64,000 nucleotides of DNA. Origin: Rubripirellula sp. (GTDB lineage: Bacteria; Planctomycetota; Planctomycetia; Pirellulales; Pirellulaceae). The notes under the pieces are model-generated. The model saw only the letters and a program-made list of their open reading frames with translations, had not been told where the DNA came from and ran no database searches. Numbering within the stretch: the first letter of the stretch is position 1; every line of letters starts with the position of its first letter. This document shows positions 39,401-47,591 of the stretch, in pieces. The stretch spans positions 5,312,001-5,376,000 of the forward strand of contig OZ244207.1 of NCBI GenBank assembly GCA_965216875.1, written 5' to 3'. The translations under genes were made by a program, and so were the position numbers.

Positions 39401-42356
39401 CAACGAAACCTTCGTCATCGGCCGCACTGGTTGGCGCGTCGGTTTTCTCGAATCGCATTCCAGTGACGAGCATGCTTTCACCCCCGCCCAGGAAAGCCGC
39501 ACTGTCGATCATCACATCCTCGATGCGCCACCGCGAGGTCACTTTGGTTCCTTGGTTTTCTTTGGACAGATTCCAGATCCGTACCAGCCCGCTTCCATCA
39601 ACGGTGGCGATTTCTTCGCGAGCAGGATGAAAACTAACACTGGCGGCGCCGAGAACATGCCCCGCAAGCTCGTGCTCAACCTTTCCAGTCAGCGGATTCC
39701 ATAGGGTGACCAACGGATTGCTCGGCGAAGTGCTTGCTGAAACCAGCGTGCCTTCGCCATTGACGACCACACGACCAAACTCTCGCAACCTGCCTTGGGG
39801 TGGACAACGCAGTTCCGCGCCTTCGGGTGTGCGTGATGAAGTCGGCCAAATACGGATATCACCTGACTCGTCTCCGGTCGCAACACAACCACGATCGGAT
39901 CGCATCGAAACGCTTGTCACCGCGGCCATGTGTCCGCTGCGTTTGATCAAATCATTTTCAACGTGGCCGTCCGCAAATCCGACCACCAATCGCCCCATCG
40001 ATGTTTCGATTGCACAACTTGGACCGTCACCGTTCACATTGCCAACAGGTCGATTCCCAATGCACAACACCTTGCCTTCAAAATACTTCTGCTCTGGTAT
40101 CGATTGAGTGAGGTCACTTTCATCGAGGCGGTTCACGACGGTATCGGCTGATCCCCAGCCTTTGGCGGCCGGGTCATCGTGAAAAAAGAATCCCGGGGAT
40201 TCAATTTCTTCGCCATCAGGTGCCATGGGACTCACTGAAAAGAGCTGGCATGGAAGTTTGGGACTGCTGGAGACGAGGCAATCAAGTCGAGAACCATCCG
40301 AGGTGTACGCGAGATCAAGCACATTGGATGTGATCTTGCTTGGTTTCGATCGGCGTGTGATGGCTGCCTCGCCGAGCTCCCAGATCTCGACTCCGTTGTT
40401 GCCACAAACCGCAAACTCATCTCCGTCCGGATGAAACGCGATGACATTGAGCCAAGGCATCTCGCTTGGCGATTGGTTGACCGGAGTCAGCAAGACGCCC
40501 TTTCCTGTCTTCTTCACTGCCCAAATTCGAATCGATGCTTTCTGACGTCGTTGCCCCTTGGGAACCAATCCTTGTTGCAGGGTAACCACTTGCATTTTTT
40601 CCGGATGGAAACGAGCGCACGCAAGTCGTGGCAACTCAAACGTCGTCAACGGCGTGAACGCTTGCCCGTCCCAGAACGCCAATTTCGAATTCGCCGTCAA
40701 CGCCATCAGTAGGGAGCCATCGCCACTCCAACTCAAACTCCGGACCGGCTGCCCCGCGTGAAGTACGAACGGAGCTCCCATCGCGCGGCGACGAAGCAGG
40801 CTATGTTCAATCCCACGTTCGTCCCAGGGCACGCGATCAAGAGTTCGATGAAGCCTCGCGAGGTTGTCATCGCGAAGCGCTTTGACGCCGCCGTCGATCA
40901 GTCGGACTTGCTCGATCACTTTCTCGCGAAGGACAAGTGTCGCCAATTCCTTTTCGCGGATCGTTTTCTCGGTACTCACCAACTGCAATTCAACACGTGT
41001 TTGGCCAAGTCTCGCGGTCTGTTGATCGGCGATGACGCGTGAATCGTTGGCTCGCCTCCAACCGAGCGTCGCTGTCGTTCCGCCTAACAGCATCAAGATT
41101 GCGACGGTTGCTGCAATCCAACCCGCCATGTGCGGTCGCTTCTTTGCCCAATGCAACGAATGATCGACCCAACCAGGATTGCCGGCCAACACCAGTTCGC
41201 CATCGAGCCAACGTTCCAAATCGTCAGCCAACGCATCACAATCGGCATAGCGATCTGCAGGGTCGCGGCTGAGTGATTTCAAGCAAATCTGTTCGAGCGG
41301 CTGCGGCACGCCTGGAGCAATCGCAGAAGGCTTCGGCAAATCATCGTGCAGGACGCTCGACAACAATGCGTGTGAGTCCCCTTCGAACGGCCGGCGCCCC
41401 GCCAACACTTCGAACAGAATCACGCCAACACCATATTGGTCTGCTGCCGAGTTGACTTCGCAAAGGTCGCCACGCACCTGCTCGGGTGACATGTAGGCGG
41501 GCGTTCCGATCAATTGCCGCTGGTCGGTCGCTTTCGTGACGTTGTTGTGTGCCAGACCGAAGTCGGTCAATTGAGCATGTGACTGGTCGTCGATCAAAAC
41601 GTTGTGAGGTTTGACGTCACGATGAATGATGCCCTCGCGGTGCGAATAAGCAAGCGCTCGCGAGAGTTCGACAATCCAAACCACAAATTGCCTGAGGCTC
41701 TGCTGATCCGTGACCGGCCCCGATTGCTCTTTGATTTTTACCGAGAGCGTATCGCCCGCGACATACTGCGAGGCGATAAAGGGGCTTGAATCGATGTCTC
41801 CTACTTCAAATACCGAAACGATATTTGGATGCCGAAGCTTTGCTGACGCTTTGGCCTCGCGCAAAACGCGGTCACTCGAGTCCTCGGCCGATGTGTCGCT
41901 AGGATGCATCACCTTCAATGCAACGAATCGATCGAGAATGGGATCGTGAGCCTTGTAGACGTTCCCAAACCCTCCAACGCCTAACTGATCTCGCACGATG
42001 AAACGACCGATCGTTTTCGGCAGCCCAGTTTTGGGTCGCCCCTTGCCCTTGCTTGGTGAGGAGCGAGTGCCCGAGCGGACGTCTCTTTCAGACCTCTTTG
42101 TTGTTTGAGACCGACTTGCAGTCGTGTCCTCCGCCGCTGCCTTCTTGCTTGGCGGCGGCTGCGACTTGCTTACGGACTGCGTCGACGCTTCTCGCTTGAT
42201 GGGTGCGCCGGTCTTGATGGATTGTTCAGACGGCGTTTGCACTGCCTGAACAGCAAAGATGTGCTCACAAACCGTGCATTTGATTCTCTTGCCGGCAAGC
42301 TCGGATGAAATGATCAGTGAGCTTTGACATTCGGGGCAAAGGACTTTTAGTTTCAT
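36441..42356 (-). CDS. Membrane Ser/Thr kinase with N-terminal zinc ribbon, WD40 beta-propellers and YTV-like insert
   Basis: CPEC..CTVC; GVGGFG, VALK, HRDVKPHN, DFG, GTPAYMSPEQ; TM at about 41060-41130; WD-type repeats such as GH...V.SV...D..IRIW. Start moved to ATG 42356. Confidence 0.9.
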   Translation of the reverse strand: MKLKVLCPECQSSLIISSELAGKRIKCTVCEHIFAVQAVQTPSEQSIKTGAPIKREASTQSVSKSQPPPSKKAAAEDTTASRSQTTKRSERDVRSGTRSSPSKGKGRPKTGLPKTIGRFIVRDQLGVGGFGNVYKAHDPILDRFVALKVMHPSDTSAEDSSDRVLREAKASAKLRHPNIVSVFEVGDIDSSPFIASQYVAGDTLSVKIKEQSGPVTDQQSLRQFVVWIVELSRALAYSHREGIIHRDVKPHNVLIDDQSHAQLTDFGLAHNNVTKATDQRQLIGTPAYMSPEQVRGDLCEVNSAADQYGVGVILFEVLAGRRPFEGDSHALLSSVLHDDLPKPSAIAPGVPQPLEQICLKSLSRDPADRYADCDALADDLERWLDGELVLAGNPGWVDHSLHWAKKRPHMAGWIAATVAILMLLGGTTATLGWRRANDSRVIADQQTARLGQTRVELQLVSTEKTIREKELATLVLREKVIEQVRLIDGGVKALRDDNLARLHRTLDRVPWDERGIEHSLLRRRAMGAPFVLHAGQPVRSLSWSGDGSLLMALTANSKLAFWDGQAFTPLTTFELPRLACARFHPEKMQVVTLQQGLVPKGQRRQKASIRIWAVKKTGKGVLLTPVNQSPSEMPWLNVIAFHPDGDEFAVCGNNGVEIWELGEAAITRRSKPSKITSNVLDLAYTSDGSRLDCLVSSSPKLPCQLFSVSPMAPDGEEIESPGFFFHDDPAAKGWGSADTVVNRLDESDLTQSIPEQKYFEGKVLCIGNRPVGNVNGDGPSCAIETSMGRLVVGFADGHVENDLIKRSGHMAAVTSVSMRSDRGCVATGDESGDIRIWPTSSRTPEGAELRCPPQGRLREFGRVVVNGEGTLVSASTSPSNPLVTLWNPLTGKVEHELAGHVLGAASVSFHPAREEIATVDGSGLVRIWNLSKENQGTKVTSRWRIEDVMIDSAAFLGGGESMLVTGMRFEKTDAPTSAADDEGFVAIVNSMDGTVLREIPVSSWVTDACEVPGGIVIAQVDASVGLYSPDTGDRIAEFETDGLIAIDVDATSTKLIAALAEPCVEDAWLRNLPFQSQLRCWSLNDQETLYDVAETGVAYSYVDIDEELGRVLTPVADGYQIHDAETGERLWLDDRYPASAARQGPWEESYTVAVPTQRTQEQTYTVCVPYTEEVRQTVEEQIAYIETELIAARQLAQERDTLRTDQLDSKEAARVTKIDTADGVRLISQDVMDAGVYMRRDQQGLIRLYSDKAMKEPVSLKTFDEPQSLVVLTIAFEALRTVRKTKTVPVTKTRVETRTRQISRTHWVAETRTRTVNKLAASQIPFAKMPAIFLPHGAGVAVGSDVGVYVVSAEIPSEPKELVGSECLYQMVATSSDGALVAAAGKNLSCGTCGCNRIDIWDTATGELVNTIPLDDSSAGDIAFDPTTGNLMVGIACVGGPTLLAEAVPMPAAPAPGVIPPPPVGAAPPAPVPVAQSQLANPDAQPADADAADEAEVDRLLVFDPRTGQRVATLDGIGPVVRIATSRQPDSATIVVDDQGQCYVLQSSDNAIKATRIKSADPNDVSISPDGQLIVFGHQSGRTAIASIHNPLDKTYLPKEWTHAHFSVDGQSLVAIQENADGEPLSERGKHHQQVLAVAWSTKEIAAMLSGGQTPHELPVEVAASQNWVLPGLITTAVAGSDDVFPLHNHGALDRFLRGQPSDQPRVSEGRVFCIANAHVYQQGNEWRPLPVNHVVVWDHNARRDERRDSLPLRNAGMLKRLAVSACGPPPSTESDPASETNSVSVTNLRGNLEVISPDTVLVYAEPGENFAIDFTVHHETSVPTKFAANIRLNSTSLYSEKTKEWLRNNHSMTQHFDTQSRPGYTAVGGEGELKFRLVGVMPEATGVFRVPGDIGLFDKKNWSTKVQHPLDFLLVTDKQLWGKQHAWRAKKDAKTVLPSEEPQHVAPVPAKVDRPAAPPAPVPVPVPQPR

Positions 42357-42863
42357 GACGTTGAAAGTGTCTGTGGAACGATGCAAAAGGTCCGGTACTG
42401 TCCCAATCACCGTCCACCGCAGACGCCCCTCACCGCAGATGAAACTTTTTCGAAATCGTGCGAGAAACAACGAATTCGAAATCCAGAAATCGCAAACAGA
42501 TCATCCGCGATGATTATGCTTCAGAACCTTTGCAAACACCAAACCGGGTGTATACATGCGGTCAGTTGGACAGGCGCCTCGGGGGTCTCGGACTTTCACT
42601 GGATTCATGCCTGATTGTCCCAAGGTTTCCCATTCGTCGACTCCTGGTCGATTCCAGAACGCGCCAACCGATTATTGACCGGAATTGGCTGGTTCGCGTT
42701 GCTACTTCATCGAAAAGATCACCTGGACCCTGTCCATCCATCCATTGCGTGGTGAATCCCATTAGATTTGGGGATCTCAAAGCCAAACTCATTGCTCGCA
42801 GAGTTTGCCTTTGGAATTCGCAACAGCTCGACAGAGCTTCCTGAGTTTGCCTCAAGAGCCCCC

Positions 42864-43370
42864 ATGAAAATCGAAGTTCAATGTCAAGGATGTCAGAAGA
42901 GCTACACCGTCAGCGAAACACATGCTGGCAAACAAATTGCATGTCCCGAGTGCAGCTCAACCATCCATATACCCGCAGCGTCGGATGAGACTCCCCGTGC
43001 TGGGCTGGACTGGAATGCGATCGATGAAGAACTCGCCTATCAGCAACCAAACAGCTCGACGTCAGATCGTCCACAGCATCAACAAGTGTCGTCGCCCAAA
43101 GGGTCAACCTCGCTGGCGTTGATACTCTGTGTGATCGCGGGCATGTTTGTCTTGGTTGCGATGATTGGTGTGGGCGTCGTTCTCTTACTCATGCGTGCCG
43201 AAACCTCCACCGCCTCCAATGCGCCCAGTCCAATAATCGATCCGTCGGTCGCCACAAGCATCGATCCTAGCGTCAAAGAAGAGTCGACGCCGAGCCCAGA
43301 AGCTCCTGAGTTGGAACACAAAACTCAACCGAAAGTCGAACCTCCACGTGCCGTCGAACGCGCCGATTGA
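42864..43370 (+). CDS. Zinc-ribbon + TM protein, probably the N-terminal part of a frameshifted gene
   Basis: MKIEVQCQGC...AGKQIACPEC, then a hydrophobic helix (LALILCVIAGMFVLVAMIGVGVVLLL) and a Pro/Ser linker. Confidence 0.7.
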   Translation: MKIEVQCQGCQKSYTVSETHAGKQIACPECSSTIHIPAASDETPRAGLDWNAIDEELAYQQPNSSTSDRPQHQQVSSPKGSTSLALILCVIAGMFVLVAMIGVGVVLLLMRAETSTASNAPSPIIDPSVATSIDPSVKEESTPSPEAPELEHKTQPKVEPPRAVERAD

Positions 43371-44799
43371 TGCAACAAGCCTCTTTGCATTGTCGCGTCA
43401 AACACCACTTGAACTGGTTGTAAATAACGACGGGTTGCTGCCCGAAGTGCCAGCGCCCCTGCAGGCTCCTTCAGACCACCTTGTCGACACCTATTACATT
43501 CGACTCTATCAAGCGGAGACGCTGCTTGCCAAAGTCGCGAAGGCGATCAGTGATCATCACAAGAAGACCAAGAAAGCGTTAGACGTTCGGGACGCGGACC
43601 ATCGATCGGATCTGAAGTTGAGCTGGCGCGTCCACATCTTGCCTGAACTTGGCTACCAAGCGTTGTACGACAGGTTTGACCTGAGCCAGCCATGGGATAG
43701 TGAAGCGAATTTGCCGTTGCTTGATGAAATGCCCAAGGAATACCAAATTCCCGGCGACATCGTTTCGACAAACACGCGGATCAGTTTTTTCACCAACCAA
43801 CGTGCCAACTTTGTTGGAGACGGTTCTGAACCCAGACGCGGATGGCTCGACGATCTGCGCACGATCCTGCTAGGAGGTGTTGTTGGTCACGACAAGGCTG
43901 TGCCGTGGACTCAGCCGGTGGACACCTCGGTCGAACTTGACAACATCGCCGATTCACTCGGCGATGTTGGTCCAGACCTAACGCTGTTTTTTTACTCGGG
44001 AACACTCCTCCGCGTACCGGCATCGATCCCCAACACATTTCTTAGCGCAGCGTTGACGGTTGATGGTGACGAATACTTTGATGTTGCGGCAACGGCGCGA
44101 TGGGCGGCGCAATACTACCAGTTGCCGTACATGTCCGAGCCACTCGGGGTGAACAAGGCGGCGTTCACGATGTCGCATGCAATGTTCACATTGCGTAGCA
44201 ATTGGCGAAGCGACAAAACCTACCCCCAATCCTCAAACGTCTCGCCGCAACCTCGCAGATCCGCGGGTGGGACCGGTGGTGATATCGAGCCGTCAAAACG
44301 CCTTGGCTGGAGAGTGCATTTACTGTCGGACATGGACTACCGATCGCTGCAGCGAAAATTCCGGTTCAACGAACCTTGGGACAGCCCTCATAATTTGAAG
44401 ATGGCAAAGTTCATGCCCGATGTTTATCGAGACCCAAGCGATTCGTTCGACTCAGTCAAGACTCGGATCGCCATAATCCAATCGCCCTATGGGATTGGTG
44501 ATGGTGAAACGGCGAAAATCAATGCGTTCAAGATGAGCGATGACCCCGCCAGCACCATCATGCTCATTCACGCTCCGGTCGATAAAGCGATACTCTGGAC
44601 GCGCCCCGACTTCCTCGAAATCGATCCGGCAGACCCGCTTGCGGCGATCACCCCCATTCCCAAAACCGGATTACTGACCCTATTTGGTGATGGACGCGCC
44701 AGGTTGTTGAAGACAGACATCACCGCCAAGGCATTTCTCGAATTTGCATCGATCGCTGGCGGCGAGTCCATCAACGCCGATGACTGGGCACAGCAATAA
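43348..44799 (+). CDS. Protein with two DUF1559-like domains, probably the C-terminal part of the frameshifted gene
   Basis: LSWRVHILPELGYQALYDRFDLSQPWDS and LGWRVHLL...FRFNEPWDSPHN, each followed by a VPWT.P / ILWT.PD motif. Confidence 0.75.
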   Translation: MPSNAPIDATSLFALSRQTPLELVVNNDGLLPEVPAPLQAPSDHLVDTYYIRLYQAETLLAKVAKAISDHHKKTKKALDVRDADHRSDLKLSWRVHILPELGYQALYDRFDLSQPWDSEANLPLLDEMPKEYQIPGDIVSTNTRISFFTNQRANFVGDGSEPRRGWLDDLRTILLGGVVGHDKAVPWTQPVDTSVELDNIADSLGDVGPDLTLFFYSGTLLRVPASIPNTFLSAALTVDGDEYFDVAATARWAAQYYQLPYMSEPLGVNKAAFTMSHAMFTLRSNWRSDKTYPQSSNVSPQPRRSAGGTGGDIEPSKRLGWRVHLLSDMDYRSLQRKFRFNEPWDSPHNLKMAKFMPDVYRDPSDSFDSVKTRIAIIQSPYGIGDGETAKINAFKMSDDPASTIMLIHAPVDKAILWTRPDFLEIDPADPLAAITPIPKTGLLTLFGDGRARLLKTDITAKAFLEFASIAGGESINADDWAQQ

Positions 44800-44958
44800 C
44801 ATGGGCAGACCCATGGACTGCAAAACTGTTTCAAACGGACATCGCCGTTGCGTTTGACTTGGGAATTCTTCATCGTTGGCTGAACCAGCCAGCGCTCCTT
44901 CGTCTCTCATAGCTAACACAACAGAGAGAAGAGTCCAAAAATAGAAGAGTCGTCCATC

Positions 44959-46443
44959 ATGAATTCTCAAATCGTTGCGACAGGCGACGCCACCGCTATC
45001 CTTCCAGCTGGCGATCGGCATAGCCCGGTAAAAGTGTTCGGCAACGAAGCCATTCGCCAAACGTTCGATGACCTGTGCCTGCAACAGGCCATCAATTCTC
45101 GTTGCGCACCCGGCGTGACCGAAGTGGTTCTCAATCCCGATGCCCACTGCGGATACGGTGCGCCCATCGGTTGTGTCCTTAGCTCGCCAACGCACATCTA
45201 CCCAGGTCCGGTCGGATTCGACATCAAGTGTTCGATGAGTCTGCTGCAAACGGACTTGCCCGAGGACGCCGTCGCAGACAAGAAAGTTCGCCGTGAATTG
45301 ATTCACGCGATCGGTCGCCGCATTCCGACCGGAGCAGGGAAGGGCTCGCGCCATGTTCCCGACGGGCGTCGCGTCGATGAAAAGATTGGCCGTGAAGCGA
45401 TGATCCAGGGTGCCTCGAAGGAAGTGCTCCAATCGCTTGATGTTCCCGCCGAGTGGGCTGATCGTTGCGAAGACGCCTACCACGTCGGGCACGACGATAC
45501 GTCCGATGCGCTTGCCAACCGAATCGATCACCTCCGCGGTACCAAGCAGTTTTCAGGTTTCCGGGCCAAGGCCCAGCAACTTGGCTCCTACGGTGGCGGC
45601 AACCATTTTGGCGAATGTGAAGTCGTTGAAATCGACCAGGACGAAGAGAGTCAGAAGACCGCCGACGTGTTTGGTTTGCTTGATCGCAAGGTCGCATTCC
45701 TGTCGCACTGCGGGTCTCGTGGAGTGGGGCATCGCCTTGCCAGTGGTCAATTCAAAGCACTCGAATCGAAGTTCGATGCTTGGCACCTTCCTTACCCTGG
45801 TGGTGACAAGCAATTGGTCTATGCGCCGCTTGGTTCGTCCGAGGCAAATGACTATCTGGACGACATGGCGCTCGGAGCCAACTTTGCAACCGTCAATCAC
45901 ATGTTGATCAACGCGCTGGTGTTGGAAGCTTTCCAAGAAGTGATTCCGGGGACTTCGGGATCATTGGTCTACTTCATCAGCCACAACATTGCGCGAAAGG
46001 AAATCATCGACAATCGGCCAACGTGGGTGCACCGAAAGGGTGCGACGCGTGCGTTTCCCGCCGGACACCACGGACTGCGCGATACGCCCTTTGCCGACAC
46101 AGGTCATCCGATCTTGTTGCCCGGCAATCCGCAAGCCGGTTCCAGTGTGATGGTCGCGATGCCGGGAGCCAAGGAAAGCTGCTTCAGCGTCAACCACGGC
46201 GCCGGTCGAATGCTCGGTCGCAAGCGTGCGATCCGAGAACTTGATCAAAAGCAGATCGACGATTCGTTTGATGCGGCCGATATTCTGACCAACTGCCGTC
46301 AGTACCCGCGCGACGAAGCCCCCGCGGCGTACAAAGACTTTGACCAAGTCCTGGGTAGCGTCGAAACCGCGGGACTGGCCAAGGAAGTCGCCCGATTGCG
46401 AGCGCGGTTTGTGATCAAGGATGCCGGACCGGCAGACGATTAG
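44959..46443 (+). CDS. rtcB: RtcB-family RNA ligase
   Basis: PDAH.GYGAPIG, GFDIKC, GGGNHF, H.GSRG, HNIA, HRKGAT, HGAGR, DEAPAAYKD. Confidence 0.93.
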   Translation: MNSQIVATGDATAILPAGDRHSPVKVFGNEAIRQTFDDLCLQQAINSRCAPGVTEVVLNPDAHCGYGAPIGCVLSSPTHIYPGPVGFDIKCSMSLLQTDLPEDAVADKKVRRELIHAIGRRIPTGAGKGSRHVPDGRRVDEKIGREAMIQGASKEVLQSLDVPAEWADRCEDAYHVGHDDTSDALANRIDHLRGTKQFSGFRAKAQQLGSYGGGNHFGECEVVEIDQDEESQKTADVFGLLDRKVAFLSHCGSRGVGHRLASGQFKALESKFDAWHLPYPGGDKQLVYAPLGSSEANDYLDDMALGANFATVNHMLINALVLEAFQEVIPGTSGSLVYFISHNIARKEIIDNRPTWVHRKGATRAFPAGHHGLRDTPFADTGHPILLPGNPQAGSSVMVAMPGAKESCFSVNHGAGRMLGRKRAIRELDQKQIDDSFDAADILTNCRQYPRDEAPAAYKDFDQVLGSVETAGLAKEVARLRARFVIKDAGPADD

Positions 46444-46450
46444 TGTGTGA

Positions 46451-46519
46451 GGGAGGGCGAGGCTCCTGCGGAGTTGGCTGCGCCGGCTCGGCTTAACTCG
46501 GCGGGAGCCTCGCCCTCCC
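46451..46519. repeat. REP/REPIN-like inverted repeat, family B (GGAG type)
   Basis: gggagggcgaggctcctgcggagtt ... aactcggcgggagcctcgccctccc: 25-bp near-perfect arms between convergent genes. Confidence 0.85.
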
Positions 46520-46533
46520 GACCACCAGCTGAC

Positions 46534-47388
46534 CTACTGGTCTTGCTCATCGAGCTGGCCGCGTTTCATGAGCGGTTCGTTGCCTTGGCCGCCGTCACTT
46601 CGCAGATTGGGAATCTCAATTCTCACTGACCGCTCGCCATCTTCCACGCTGAGGACGCCGCCGCGGATTTCGACTCTCCCGTCACCTTCGACTTTGATCC
46701 CGCCGGGGCGAATGATGACTTGCCGGTCGCCGTCTTGCACCGTCAACCCGCCGCCATCGCCAATTTCGGTCGGTATGGCTCGTTCGACCATCTCGTCCAG
46801 GACAACGGAACGCTCTTCGCGACCGCGCCGTTGACGTTGATTCTGGAAATCAGCCATGCTGGACGTGATGTCGTCGCCGGTGTGGAACTGGCCATCAGGA
46901 CCGGCACTGCGCAAAACGTAGCGTTCCTTTTCTTCAACCGCGTAAAGGATCGAATTGCCCCAACTGTCATCGATGTCATCGACGATCTCGTTGCCGGTCA
47001 CTGCGTCAGGTATACGTCCATTCTCGGTGCGATATTGATCGATTCGATCCGCCCCCATCGATAGCGATGCTGTTGTTTCGGTGGTTTCAATGACCGTTTC
47101 AATCGTCTCCTTGGCAACGATGATGCCGGTCACCGTTGCATAACCGACAAACGCTATCCACGCCGATCCAATCAGCCCAAGGACGACTCCGAGCACAGCG
47201 GAACCGCGTGGCTCACGTGACAAACCAAACAGGCTGATCAAGAGACCAATCGGACTTAGGATCCCGCAGGTTAGCAGCCCGATGAGGGAGAGAATCATCC
47301 CGACAAAACCGGTCGTGTTGACAGGTGCTGGCCTGGAACCACCGGCGTAAGCGGGTGATTGGTTGAGCTGGTAGAAATCGTTACTCAA
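46534..47388 (-). CDS. DUF4190-like two-TM protein fused to a GspG/pseudopilin-like C-terminal domain
   Basis: GMILSLIGLLTCGILSPIGLLISLFGL...AVLGVVLGLIG; DSWGNSILY...YVLRSAGPDGQFHTGDDI. TTG start. Confidence 0.7.
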   Translation of the reverse strand: MSNDFYQLNQSPAYAGGSRPAPVNTTGFVGMILSLIGLLTCGILSPIGLLISLFGLSREPRGSAVLGVVLGLIGSAWIAFVGYATVTGIIVAKETIETVIETTETTASLSMGADRIDQYRTENGRIPDAVTGNEIVDDIDDSWGNSILYAVEEKERYVLRSAGPDGQFHTGDDITSSMADFQNQRQRRGREERSVVLDEMVERAIPTEIGDGGGLTVQDGDRQVIIRPGGIKVEGDGRVEIRGGVLSVEDGERSVRIEIPNLRSDGGQGNEPLMKRGQLDEQDQ

Positions 47389-47591
47389 CGGTCACCCCTT
47401 TGAAAACGAGCACGAATGGGATTGGAGATGGACGCCACTTGATTCGTTGCATTGGACAATCCCTTGGCAACCGAATTCTGATTTTACAAGAATATCGACG
47501 GTCAGTCGATTTCGCGCGGCGCTGATGAATCGGGACGCGCTGCCCTAATGCTGGCTTGTTGACGGGACATCACATCCTAGGATCCAACCTC

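Noticed and set aside
42380..42860. Short ORFs between the kinase and the zinc-ribbon gene
   Set aside because: No recognisable motifs or RBS. This is more likely a divergent promoter region, though a gene remnant cannot be excluded.
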